Shown here piece after piece: positions 15,323 through 24,660 of a stretch of 33,051 nucleotides of DNA. The position numbers and the translations under genes were made by a program. The notes under the pieces are model-generated. The model did no database searches and was not told the origin of the DNA. It saw only the letters and a program-made list of their open reading frames with translations. The DNA is from a virus. Its lineage: Duplodnaviria; Caudoviricetes. Every line of letters starts with the position of its first letter. The first letter of the stretch is position 1. The stretch is from positions 1 through 33,051 of IMG/VR virus record IMGVR_UViG_3300037790_000142; one strand, written 5' to 3'.

Positions 15323-17001
15323 GCGCACCGATCACCAAAGATGAGTGGGAGAAATTGAGGCGGGAGAGCGTTGAGGCCTTGCCTCAGATCTTGAGCGATC
15401 TCGGCCTTCCGAATGTGCTGCTCGAGTACCAGGGCGACACGGTCGCAAAACTTGAGGCCGGCACCGCGTTGCTCGTTGTCGAAAAGTCCCGCCGGATCGG
15501 GCTGACCTGGGGGCTTGCCTCCTATGCCGTCCTGAGGGCTGCGCGGGCGAAATCGGCGGGCGGCATGGATGCGATGTATATCTCTTACAGCCAGGAGATG
15601 ACGCGGGAGTTTGTGGACGCTTGCGGGATGTGGGCGCGTGCGTTCAACATGGCGGCGATGGAGGCCGAGGAGTTCTTCTTCGCCGACAAGGACGAGAGCG
15701 GCGACCGGTCTATCCAGGCATTCCGGATCCGCTTCGCCTCGGGCTTCGAGATCGTCGCACTGTCTTCGGCGCCGAGAACGCTGCGCGGCAAACAGGGTCT
15801 GGTCATCATCGACGAGGCCGCGTTTGTCGACAGTCTCAAGGAACTCCTGAAGGCTGCACTCGCCTTCCTGATGTGGGGCGGCCAAGTGGTTGTCTGTTCC
15901 ACCCACAACGGCGTCGACAACGAGTTCAATGTTCTTGTACAGGACATCCTCGGCGGCCGCCGAAAGGGCGCGCACACAAGGATCGATTTCGACCAGGCGC
16001 TGATGCAGGGGCTTTATCAGCGGATCTGCCTGGTGACCGGCGTCACCTGGTCCCCCGAGGGTGAAGCCGCATGGCGACAGGACATCATCGACTTTTATGG
16101 CGATGGCGCCGACGAAGAGCTGTTCTGTATTCCCGCCATGGGATCGGGCTCCTGGTTGACAACGCCGCTGATCGAGGCGCGCATGACAATCGCGCCCGAA
16201 GACGCTCCGGTGCTGCGTCTCGACCTGCCCGACGACTATCTGCAAAAGCCCGAGCTCACCCGTCGCTCGCTCCTGGCGCCGTTCATGGAAGAGCTCCGGG
16301 AAGCGCTTGAAGGTCTCGACCAAGAGGTGCTGCATGCCTTCGGTTACGACCCGGCGCGCAAGAAGGACCCGGCAGTCGCAAAGCTCCTGAGGATCGAAAA
16401 GGATCTGCGCCGGGTCTCCGCGCTGACAGTGGAAATGCGCCGGGTTCCGTTTGCCGAGCAGAAGGCAATCTGCCGGGACATCATCATGGCGGCGCACCGG
16501 CTGGTGGGCGCCGCGATCGACGCCACCGGCATGGGCATGAACCTCGCCGAGGATCTCGGCCGGGAGTTCGGGATCCGCGAGGATCTCGACGGCGCCGGTC
16601 TCGTCTGGCAGGTGTCATTGTCTTCGAGCTGGTACAATGAGCACATGCCGCCGCTGAAAACGGCGTTCGAGGACGATACGATCGCGCTCGCCAGAGACGC
16701 CGAACACGTCATTGACCTAAGGGCGGTCAAGATCGTTCGCGGCATTCCCTCGATCCCTCCAGAACGTGAGGGCGAAGCCGGCAAGAAGCGCCACGGAGAT
16801 TTTGCCGTTGCCCTGGCGCTCGCCTATTTCGCGAGCCGGATGGAATGGCGCGAGTTCGCCTATCGCGCGGCCGTGCGCAAGCCCTCCCGTTTCGATCAGA
16901 AAGCGCCGGCCGACGAGAGCAGCTGGCAAGACCGGGCTGATGACGAAACCACCGGCGGATTCCGGATGGCTTCGCTGCGCCGATCAAGAGGAACCTTCTG
17001 A
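15319..17001 (+). CDS. Terminase large subunit (Mu gp28-like)
   Basis: EKSRRIGLTW, LRGKQG, IIDEAAF, STHNG, IDATGMG, HGDFAVALALA. Confidence 0.95.
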   Translation: MSAPITKDEWEKLRRESVEALPQILSDLGLPNVLLEYQGDTVAKLEAGTALLVVEKSRRIGLTWGLASYAVLRAARAKSAGGMDAMYISYSQEMTREFVDACGMWARAFNMAAMEAEEFFFADKDESGDRSIQAFRIRFASGFEIVALSSAPRTLRGKQGLVIIDEAAFVDSLKELLKAALAFLMWGGQVVVCSTHNGVDNEFNVLVQDILGGRRKGAHTRIDFDQALMQGLYQRICLVTGVTWSPEGEAAWRQDIIDFYGDGADEELFCIPAMGSGSWLTTPLIEARMTIAPEDAPVLRLDLPDDYLQKPELTRRSLLAPFMEELREALEGLDQEVLHAFGYDPARKKDPAVAKLLRIEKDLRRVSALTVEMRRVPFAEQKAICRDIIMAAHRLVGAAIDATGMGMNLAEDLGREFGIREDLDGAGLVWQVSLSSSWYNEHMPPLKTAFEDDTIALARDAEHVIDLRAVKIVRGIPSIPPEREGEAGKKRHGDFAVALALAYFASRMEWREFAYRAAVRKPSRFDQKAPADESSWQDRADDETTGGFRMASLRRSRGTF

Positions 17002-18584
17002 TGGCCATGACCTGGTATGACGCTTACGGCCGCAAGGTGAACACCTCCGAGCTCAAGACCGAACAGGGCGGGCCGAGCGTGCGCGGTGTGCGGCAACGCG
17101 ATGCGCACCACCCGGCCGCCGGCCTAACTCCGGGGCGGTTGGCGCAGATCCTGTCGAATTCCATCGTGTCGTCGCCGGATGATTACCTGGCGCTGGCCGA
17201 AGACATGGAAGAGCGGGACCTGCACTACGCTTCGGTCCTTCAAACCCGGAAGCTGCAGGTGGCCGGTCTTGAAATCACGGTCGAGGCGGCGGGCGACGAT
17301 GCGACGAGCATCAAACATGCCGACCTGGTGCGCGAGGTGGTCGAGCGCGACGAATTCGAGGTCGAGCTGCGCGACATTCTCGACGCGACCGGCAAGGGCT
17401 TCTCCTGCACCGAAATCATCTGGGAAACGTCCGAGCGGCAATGGATGCCAAAGCGGCTCGTCTGGAACGACGCGCGATGGTTCGAATTCGACCGCGCCGA
17501 TGGCGAAACACCAATGCTGCGCGGAGACGCTGGCCCGGAGCCGCTCAAGCCCTATGGCTGGATCTACCATTCCTTCAAGGCCAAGTCCGGCCTGCCGATC
17601 CGCGGCGGCCTCGCTAGGGCCGCCGCCTGGGCCTACATGTTCAAGTCCTTTACGCTCAAGGACTGGGCCATCTTCTCGGAAGCCTACGGCCAGCCGCTCC
17701 GGCTTGGCAAATACGGGCCAGGCGCAACCGACGACGACAAGGACGTGCTGCTGCAGGCCGTCGCCAACATAGGAGCGGATTACGCGGCGATCGTACCGGC
17801 CTCCATGGCGGTCGAGTTTGTCGAGGCCAACATCTCCGGGACGCATGAGCTCTACGAAAGGCGCGCCGACTGGCTCGACCGGCAGATTTCGAAACTCGTG
17901 CTCGGCCAGACCTCGACCACGGACGCCCAGAAGGGAAGCTATGCAGTCGGCAAGGTGCATGACGGCGTTCGCGACGACATCGAGAAGGCCGATGCCAAGG
18001 CGCTGGCCGCCACGCTAAACCGGGACCTGGTTCGGCCGCTGGTATCGCTCAACTTCGGACAGCCGAAGGCCTGGCCGAAGATCAAGATCGGCCGCCCGGA
18101 CGAGCAGGACATCGACAAGCTGGTCGAGAATGTCGCCCGCCTGGTCCCGCTAGGGCTGAAGGTCGGAATGGCGACCATGCGGGATCGGATCGGACTGCCG
18201 GATCCCGAAGCCGGTGAGGAACTCCTCGGCGCAACGTCAAAAGAGCCAAGCCCCGACCGGGGTCGTTCGCTTGTTGGGAATGAGACGACCGGCGGGGACC
18301 AACTGCCGGCGGGATCCCCGGCCGGCTTGACGGCAAAGCGCGAGGCGGCAGCGGACGCGATCGACGCAGCGGCGGATGTGATGGCAGGCGAATGGGAGCC
18401 ACTGATCGGGCCGATCGTCGAGGGGCTGGCCTCCGAGATCGCGGAAGCCACAAGCCTTGAAGAGATCCGGAGCCTTTTTCAAATCCGGCTTGAAGGGCTT
18501 TCAAGCGAAGAGCTCGGCGAGCAGCTCGCCCGCGCGGTCTTCGCCGCCCGCATATCCGGCGAGGCCGGTGAGGATCTCGCTTGA
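17001..18584 (+). CDS. Portal protein (Mu gp29, DUF935)
   Basis: GLTPGRLA, EDMEERD, KDWAIFSEAYGQPLRLGKY, ISKLVLGQT. Confidence 0.95.
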   Translation: MAMTWYDAYGRKVNTSELKTEQGGPSVRGVRQRDAHHPAAGLTPGRLAQILSNSIVSSPDDYLALAEDMEERDLHYASVLQTRKLQVAGLEITVEAAGDDATSIKHADLVREVVERDEFEVELRDILDATGKGFSCTEIIWETSERQWMPKRLVWNDARWFEFDRADGETPMLRGDAGPEPLKPYGWIYHSFKAKSGLPIRGGLARAAAWAYMFKSFTLKDWAIFSEAYGQPLRLGKYGPGATDDDKDVLLQAVANIGADYAAIVPASMAVEFVEANISGTHELYERRADWLDRQISKLVLGQTSTTDAQKGSYAVGKVHDGVRDDIEKADAKALAATLNRDLVRPLVSLNFGQPKAWPKIKIGRPDEQDIDKLVENVARLVPLGLKVGMATMRDRIGLPDPEAGEELLGATSKEPSPDRGRSLVGNETTGGDQLPAGSPAGLTAKREAAADAIDAAADVMAGEWEPLIGPIVEGLASEIAEATSLEEIRSLFQIRLEGLSSEELGEQLARAVFAARISGEAGEDLA

Positions 18585-19360
18585 CCCTGAAACTCGAACC
18601 GGTCCCGCCGATCGACGCGATCCGCGCGCTACGCTTGAGGGGCGGTGAGCTTGAGCCGTCCTTCTCCTGGCTCGATCAATGGCAGCAGGATCATGCCGCC
18701 ATGTTCACGGTCGCCAAGTCGGCCGGCTATGACATCCTGGGCGATATCTTCGCGGCCCTCGAACAGGCGCTCTCCGAGGGCAAGACATTCCGGGACTTCG
18801 CGCGTGAGCTCACGCCTCTTCTCCAGGCCAAGGGCTGGTGGGGGCGTCAGCTGGTGACGGATCCTGCGACAGGCGACCGCGTGCCGGCGCGGCTCGGATC
18901 ATCACGCCGGCTCCGGATCATTTTCGACACCAACATGCGCGTATCCTATGCAGCCGGCCACTGGGCAAGCTTCGAGCGCAACAAGTCGCGCCGGCCGTGG
19001 CTTCGCTATGTGGCGCTCCTGGATGATGCGACCAGGCCATCGCACCGGGCGCGGCACAATCTGGTCCTGCCTGTCGACGATCCCTACTGGGATCACTGGG
19101 CTCCGCCCTGCGGCTGGAATTGCCGCTGCACGCTTCAGAGCCTTTCCGATCGTGACGTCGACCGGCTCAAGCGCGAAGGCGAGCGGCTGGTCTTCGATCC
19201 GCCGCCGCTCGACTTGCGGCCATTCGTCAACAGGCGGACCGGCGAGGTCACCCAGGTTCCCGACGGTATCGATCCGGGCTGGGACTACAATCCCGGTAAG
19301 GTTGGCTGGCGGGCTGTCCTGGGGGCAGCCGAAGCCAAGATCGGTTCAAGTGAGATCTGA
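18581..19360 (+). CDS. Head morphogenesis protein F (Mu gp30)
   Basis: FTVAK, RLRIIFDTN, TRPSH, PPCGWNCRC, GIDPGWDYNPG; TTG start overlapping portal stop. Confidence 0.93.
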   Translation: MTLKLEPVPPIDAIRALRLRGGELEPSFSWLDQWQQDHAAMFTVAKSAGYDILGDIFAALEQALSEGKTFRDFARELTPLLQAKGWWGRQLVTDPATGDRVPARLGSSRRLRIIFDTNMRVSYAAGHWASFERNKSRRPWLRYVALLDDATRPSHRARHNLVLPVDDPYWDHWAPPCGWNCRCTLQSLSDRDVDRLKREGERLVFDPPPLDLRPFVNRRTGEVTQVPDGIDPGWDYNPGKVGWRAVLGAAEAKIGSSEI

Positions 19361-19541
19361 AAGCCAACCCCCCGGAAGGCAGCCTCAGGGCCGTTTCACG
19401 AGATTAACCCGCACAGCAATATTGCCACGCCGGACGGGCGCGTATACCGTCCGAGGGGCGAATTGCGCCCTACGGGCTTTTAAACCGGCTCAAAAACGAT
19501 TTCGCCAGGCTTCCCCGCACCTCATCTTTCGGTCCCCGTGA

Positions 19542-19590
19542 CATGCCCGCCGCGGCGGGCATGATCGCAAACCTCCGAAGCCGCCATGGT
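19542..19590 (+). promoter_or_regulatory. Putative late promoter (head/tail operon): activator palindrome + -10
   Basis: Perfect 22-bp palindrome CATGCCCGCCGCGGCGGGCATG 19542-19563; CATGGT 19585-19590 at same spacing as lysis copy. Confidence 0.8.
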
Positions 19591-19597
19591 GCGGCTC

Positions 19598-20761
19598 ATG
19601 GATACACCACTTCCCCTCCTTCTGACATCGCTTGATGCCCAGGCCTCAGGCCCGGTCGCAGTGCTCTCGACAGAGTTCGCTGCCGGCGCCGGCGGCTGGC
19701 AACGCATTCTGCCTGCCGGCGAGTTCTCGGCCCGTGACGGTCGCGGCCCGTACATTGTCGGCGATCGCGCGGCCATGGAGAAGATCGTCGCAGAAAGCCG
19801 CGCCTACCACGGCGCGACCGACATGGTGGTCGATTACGATCACCAGGCGCTTGCCATCATGAAAGCCGGCAGCGGCAAGACCGCCAAGGCCGCAGGATGG
19901 GTAAAGGGCCTTGAGGTCCGCGACGACGGGATCTGGGCCGACATCAAGTGGACGGCAGCCGCGGCCAGCGCGATCGGCGCCGAGGAGTACCGCTATCTCT
20001 CCCCGGTGATCCCGCACGACGCCAAGGGCAACGTCCGGATGGTGCTCAACGTCTCGCTCACCAATGTGCCCGCCTACCACATCGAGGCGTTCAGCGCCGC
20101 TTTTTCAAAACCAGACAGGAACGATGACATGGACAAGATTCTTGCCGCCCTCGGCCTTGCGAAGGGCGCTTCCGAAGATGACGCTCTCGCCGCCCTCAAT
20201 GCGCTTCTGAGCGCGACCACGACGCTCGCCTCCGCATTGGAGCTGGCGAAGGACGCCAAGCCCGCCGACGTCCAGAAAGCTGCCCTGTCAGCGATCGATG
20301 ACCGCAAGAAGCTGGTTGTGGCATCCGGTGCCGCCGCCGATGCCAAGGTTGAGGATGCGGTCGCCGCTCTGACCGCGCTCAAGGCCAATGGCAATCCGGA
20401 CCCGTCCAGGTTCGTGCCGATCGACCAGGTCACGGCCCTTTCGACGGAACTGAAGGAACTCCGCAAGGAAGTGTCCGGCAACGCCGCCGAGGCGGCTGTC
20501 GGCAAGGCGATCAAGGAAGGCAAGCTGGTGCCGGCGCTGCGCGACTGGGGTATCTCCCTGTTCACCGCGGACAGGTCGAAGTTCGAGGAGTTCGTGGGCT
20601 CGGCTCCCGAACTCACAGACCGCCAGCTCAAGCCTGCGGCGAAGCCTGGCGAACAGACCGCCGCCCTGACCGCCGCGCAGGAAGCCGCCGCCCGCCTCCT
20701 GGGCGTCGATCCGAAGAGCTACGCCGAAACACTCAAGGCCGAGGCGGACGCGACGGCCTGA
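19598..20761 (+). CDS. Prohead protease I (Mu gp32-like) with probable nested scaffold Z
   Basis: LPAGEF..RDGRGP, VVDYDHQ, AAGWV, EYRYLSPV, SLTNVPA; start 19598 or 19586; internal ATG 20129 with AGGA RBS. Confidence 0.93.
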   Translation: MDTPLPLLLTSLDAQASGPVAVLSTEFAAGAGGWQRILPAGEFSARDGRGPYIVGDRAAMEKIVAESRAYHGATDMVVDYDHQALAIMKAGSGKTAKAAGWVKGLEVRDDGIWADIKWTAAAASAIGAEEYRYLSPVIPHDAKGNVRMVLNVSLTNVPAYHIEAFSAAFSKPDRNDDMDKILAALGLAKGASEDDALAALNALLSATTTLASALELAKDAKPADVQKAALSAIDDRKKLVVASGAAADAKVEDAVAALTALKANGNPDPSRFVPIDQVTALSTELKELRKEVSGNAAEAAVGKAIKEGKLVPALRDWGISLFTADRSKFEEFVGSAPELTDRQLKPAAKPGEQTAALTAAQEAAARLLGVDPKSYAETLKAEADATA

Positions 20762-20826
20762 CGCGGCCGCGACGCTCGCAAACCCGACACTGAAGATCAT
20801 CGCCGCCAGGCAAAAGGACCGCACCC

Positions 20827-21279
20827 ATGACCGCACTCGCTGAAGACCGCAACACGCCCCGAAAGCAGGGCGACATCCTGTCGGGGCCGCTCGCCGCTTC
20901 CGTCGTCGTCTATGGCGGCGCGATCGTCATGCGCAACGCCACCGGTTATCTAACCAAGGGCGCGACGGCCACCGGCCTGGTCGGTGCTGGCGTTGCCCAG
21001 GAGCGCAAGACTGGTGGGGCCTCGGCCGGCGACGAAAGCCTCAAATACCGCAAGGGTGTCTTCCGCTTCGCCAATTCTGCCTCGACCGACGAGATAACGA
21101 TCGCCGAGATCGGCAAGCTCTGCTTTGCGGTCGATGACCAGACGGTCGCGAAGACCGACGGGTCTGCCGCCCGCTCGCCCGCGGGCTTCGTCGAAGACGT
21201 CGACGCGAACGGCGTCTGGGTCGAGTTCGACGAGGCGCGCGTCCAGTCCCATCTCGCAGGCCTCGCAAACCCGGCCTAA
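20827..21279 (+). CDS. Putative head decoration/cement protein
   Basis: MTALAEDRNTP, FAVDDQTVAKT, GVWVEF; AAGGA RBS; between I and T. Confidence 0.75.
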   Translation: MTALAEDRNTPRKQGDILSGPLAASVVVYGGAIVMRNATGYLTKGATATGLVGAGVAQERKTGGASAGDESLKYRKGVFRFANSASTDEITIAEIGKLCFAVDDQTVAKTDGSAARSPAGFVEDVDANGVWVEFDEARVQSHLAGLANPA

Positions 21280-21348
21280 CGGCAATCCGGCTCAGCCGGC
21301 CCGGGGTGGCCGGCCGAGCCTCAGCACATCCACAAGGAACCTCTTCCC

Positions 21349-22242
21349 ATGCTCGTTAACGCTGAAAACCTCAACGCCCTCCGGGCGGGTTACAAGACCA
21401 CCTTCCAGGGCGGGCTTGGCATGGCTTCGACCATGCACACCCAGGTCGCCACCGTCGTCCCGGCATCGACCAAGACCCAGAAATACGGCTGGCTCGGCAA
21501 GTTCCCGAGCGTCCGGGAATGGATCGGCCCGCGTGTCGTTCATTCGCTCGAACAGCATGACTACTCGATCACCGAAAAACCCTGGGAACTGACCGTTGCT
21601 GTCGACCGCGACGACATCGAGACCGACAATCTCGGCATCTACACGCCGATGTTCACTGAAATGGGTCAGTCCACCGGCGCAAAGTGGGACGAGCTGGTCT
21701 ACGGGCTTCTGAAGCTCGGCTTCTCGACCGAATGCTATGACGGGCAGTACTTCTTTGACACCGACCACCCGGTTCTCGACGAGGCCGGCAACCCCCAGTC
21801 GGTTTCCAATACCGGCGGAGGTTCCGGCACGCCCTGGTTCCTGCTCTGCACCAACAAGGCGCTCAAGCCGATCATCCTGCAGAAGCGCAAGGACTTCGAG
21901 TTCGTCGCCAAGGACCGACTGACCGACGATACGGTCTTCAACAATAAGGAATTCCAGTACGGCGCCGATGCGCGCGGGAATGTCGGCTTCGGTTTCTGGC
22001 AGCAGGCCTACGGCTCGAAGCAGACGCTCAATGCGGGCGCCTATGCGACCGCACGTGCCGCGCTCTCGGGGATGAAGGGCGATCACGGCCGGCCGCTCGG
22101 GCTGATGCCGAACCTCCTGGTGGTGCCGCCGTCGCTCGAAAGTGCGGCCCGCAAGATCCTCAATTCCGAATATGCCGCCGGCGGCGAGACCAACGAGTGG
22201 AAGGGCACGGCCGAGCTGCTCGTCTGCCCCTGGCTCGCCTGA
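21349..22242 (+). CDS. Major capsid protein (Mu gpT-like)
   Basis: YGWLGKFP..REWIG, RDDIETDNLGIY, CYDGQYFFDTDHPV, GFGFWQQAY. Confidence 0.96.
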   Translation: MLVNAENLNALRAGYKTTFQGGLGMASTMHTQVATVVPASTKTQKYGWLGKFPSVREWIGPRVVHSLEQHDYSITEKPWELTVAVDRDDIETDNLGIYTPMFTEMGQSTGAKWDELVYGLLKLGFSTECYDGQYFFDTDHPVLDEAGNPQSVSNTGGGSGTPWFLLCTNKALKPIILQKRKDFEFVAKDRLTDDTVFNNKEFQYGADARGNVGFGFWQQAYGSKQTLNAGAYATARAALSGMKGDHGRPLGLMPNLLVVPPSLESAARKILNSEYAAGGETNEWKGTAELLVCPWLA

Positions 22243-22257
22243 ACAGCCGATTGACAT

Positions 22258-22316
22258 CCCGCCGGCGCGATTGCCGGCGGGTCCTTCGGAAGCGGCCGGG
22301 ATCCCCGGCCTCTTCT
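22258..22316 (+). terminator. Double hairpin after capsid gene (partial terminator/stabiliser)
   Basis: CCCGCCGGC-GCGATT-GCCGGCGGG 22258-22281; GGCCGGG-ATC-CCCGGCC 22294-22310 followed by TCTTCT. Confidence 0.55.
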
Positions 22317-22344
22317 CAAGGACCCAAAAGCAAGCGAGGACAAG

Positions 22345-23010
22345 ATGGACGATCTTACCAGGATCAAGGGCATCGGCGCGGCAACCGCGAAGAAGCTCAA
22401 CGCCGCAGGCATCGAGACCTTCGCCGCCCTGGCTCTCGCCAATCATTTGGGTGAGCCGCTTGCATCGATCGCGAAATCCGACATTGAGGCCGTTGCCTGG
22501 ATCACGGCCGCGGCTGGGCTTGCGGACGTACCGCCGAACCCGGGCGAAACCAAATCCAAGGAGAAGCCGCTTGGCTCCGGCCACGAACCCGAGGCGCAAC
22601 TGCAGGACGGGGCGCGCCTCCCAGCGGACGGCCGGGCGGGAGACCGGCAACCCTCTCAGACCAATATACCCCCCGAGCCGCCCTCCCAGGGCAACGACCA
22701 GGGCGGGAGCGGCAATGCGGCCGCTCCCGCACAGGCTCCGGCCGGGGTGTATGCGGACTGGGCAAGCCAGATCGAAACGGACAGCGAGCTTGCCGAATTC
22801 TGCCCGCATGTCGCCGGCGCTCTCAGGGCATGGGCAGAGAGCAATTCGCGGCTCCCGGAGTTGCTGGTCATCACTTCCAAGCGTGAAGGCTTTCGCCGAG
22901 GTGGCATCGCCCATCCGCGCGCCGAAACCGAGCATGAGTTCGACGCGTTCGATTTCGACGACATCGAACAGATGCTCGCAGAACCCGTGCTGTCCGTGAG
23001 GCTTGCTTGA
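22345..23010 (+). CDS. Helix-hairpin-helix + HI1506/Mu gp35-like protein
   Basis: DDLTRIKGIGAATAKKLNAAGI; Pro/Gly linker; GFRRGGIAH...LAEPVLSV. Confidence 0.72.
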   Translation: MDDLTRIKGIGAATAKKLNAAGIETFAALALANHLGEPLASIAKSDIEAVAWITAAAGLADVPPNPGETKSKEKPLGSGHEPEAQLQDGARLPADGRAGDRQPSQTNIPPEPPSQGNDQGGSGNAAAPAQAPAGVYADWASQIETDSELAEFCPHVAGALRAWAESNSRLPELLVITSKREGFRRGGIAHPRAETEHEFDAFDFDDIEQMLAEPVLSVRLA

Positions 23011-23438
23011 CCTACGTCACCAAACAGCAGCTGATCGACCGGTTCGGCGAACGCGAGCTGATCCAGCTCACCGATCGCCAGAACCGGCCCGCGACGACGA
23101 TCGACGATGACGTTATCGACGGCGCGGTCGCGGACGCCGAAGCGCTGGTCGATGGTTATATCGGCAAGGTCTACGATCTGCCGCTTTCGAGCACACCCGC
23201 CGTACTCACCCGGATCTCTGCCGACATCGCGCGCTACTACCTGCACGGCAAGTCGGCCGACAAGGACGGCTCGGTGCATCGCGCCTACTTGGAGGCCACG
23301 GGCTGGCTTCGCGACGTCTCGCGCGGCCTCGTCCAGATCGATGCGGAAGGCGTCACACTCGCCGCGGCCGGCGGCGGGTCGGTCCGGGCCAAGCCTGCCG
23401 ATCGTGTCTTCACCCGCGACAGCCTGAAGGACATGTAA
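23007..23438 (+). CDS. Head-tail adaptor, Mu gp36-like (DUF1320)
   Basis: YVTKQQLIDRFGEREL, VDGYIG..YDLPL, DIARYYL. Confidence 0.92.
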   Translation: MTYVTKQQLIDRFGERELIQLTDRQNRPATTIDDDVIDGAVADAEALVDGYIGKVYDLPLSSTPAVLTRISADIARYYLHGKSADKDGSVHRAYLEATGWLRDVSRGLVQIDAEGVTLAAAGGGSVRAKPADRVFTRDSLKDM

Positions 23439-23439
23439 G

Positions 23440-24021
23440 ATGGCCAAGGGCATCCAGTTGAAGGTGGAAGACGCGGAGGTCAATCGGTCGCTGTCGAGCG
23501 TGCAGCGCGCCGCCGAAAACCCGGCCGCGATCATGTCGGCTGTGGCAGGATTCCTGGTGACCACCACGCAAAGGCACATCGAACGCGAAGCCGGACCGGA
23601 TGGTCCGTGGCCGCGCCTTTCTCCCAGGACAGCCAACAAGCGCATCGGCCGCCGCCGCCGCGGATACGAGAACATGCTGCGTGTGAGCGGCCGGCTCTAC
23701 AATTCGCTGACCGGCGAATCCGGCGCCGATTTCGCGCTGGTCGGCTCGAACCTTCCCTATGCCGCCATTCATCAACTCGGCGGCACAATCGAGCAGCCGG
23801 CGCGCGAGCAGGAAATCTATCAGAACTACAATGCGCGAAGCGACACCTTCGATCCGCGCTTCCGTCCGCGGCGCAGTTCCAACTTCGCCCGAACCGTCAA
23901 GGTCGGCGCGCACACCGTGACAATTCCGGCACGACCATACCTTTATCTCGACGACACCGATCGCGCCGAGATCGAGGCGATCGTCGCAGACGGCCTTAGA
24001 GACGAGGCGGACCTGAGATGA
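23440..24021 (+). CDS. Virion morphogenesis protein (Mu G / P2 S-like)
   Basis: PDGPWPRLS, LRVSGRL, VGSNLPYAAIHQLGG, IPARPYL. Confidence 0.92.
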   Translation: MAKGIQLKVEDAEVNRSLSSVQRAAENPAAIMSAVAGFLVTTTQRHIEREAGPDGPWPRLSPRTANKRIGRRRRGYENMLRVSGRLYNSLTGESGADFALVGSNLPYAAIHQLGGTIEQPAREQEIYQNYNARSDTFDPRFRPRRSSNFARTVKVGAHTVTIPARPYLYLDDTDRAEIEAIVADGLRDEADLR

Positions 24022-24452
24022 GCCTGATCGACGACGTCATGGCGCGGCTCAATGCGATAGATCCGCAGCCCTTCGCGCTGATCGAGGGTGCCGCCGATCT
24101 CGCGGCCATCGACGGGAACCCGCCCGCGCCGCCAGCGCTCTATGCCTTCATCAAGGAAGAAGCGGCCGAGGAGAACACCCGGGCCACCGGGCCGGTGCTT
24201 CAGCGCTGCGAGAACGACATCGCCGTCGTCATCGTCACCAGCAACGTCTCCGACGCCACCGGTTCGGCCGCGCTCACGGATGTCGAGGCGCTGAAGCTTG
24301 CGACGCGCTCCGCCCTGGTCGGCTTCGTGCCACAGTCCGGGGTTGGCGAGCCGGTCGAGTATGTGGGGGGCCGCGTTCTGCGCTTTCGTTCCGGATGGGT
24401 TTGGGTCGAGCTCGTCTTTTCAGTCGCCAGCTACATCGAGGAGCAGCCATGA
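24018..24452 (+). CDS. Putative tail terminator/completion protein
   Basis: Position before tail tube; ATGA coupling; 144 aa. Confidence 0.65.
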   Translation: MSLIDDVMARLNAIDPQPFALIEGAADLAAIDGNPPAPPALYAFIKEEAAEENTRATGPVLQRCENDIAVVIVTSNVSDATGSAALTDVEALKLATRSALVGFVPQSGVGEPVEYVGGRVLRFRSGWVWVELVFSVASYIEEQP

Positions 24453-24658
24453 CCGACAAGCCTTACCGGGGCCGCAAGGGTGGCCGCTACGTCCGCGCGT
24501 CGCGCGGCGAGGAGCCACGCCGCGTTGATGAAGTGGCGTCTGCGCGGCCTGCCAAGGCGGCGCCCGAAACCGCCGAACCCACCGATGACGCCAATTCTGA
24601 AACCCCGGGTTCCGCGCCGGCCGCGAAAGCCGCCAAGCCGGCCCGCAAGAGGAACTGA
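24449..24658 (+). CDS. Small hypothetical protein
   Basis: GAGGAG RBS, ATGA coupling, GGRYV motif then low complexity. Confidence 0.6.
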   Translation: MTDKPYRGRKGGRYVRASRGEEPRRVDEVASARPAKAAPETAEPTDDANSETPGSAPAAKAAKPARKRN

Positions 24659-24660
24659 CC

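Noticed and set aside
22251-22256. TTGACA as an internal promoter after the capsid gene
   Set aside because: No plausible -10 at 16-18 nt; it is followed by GC hairpins
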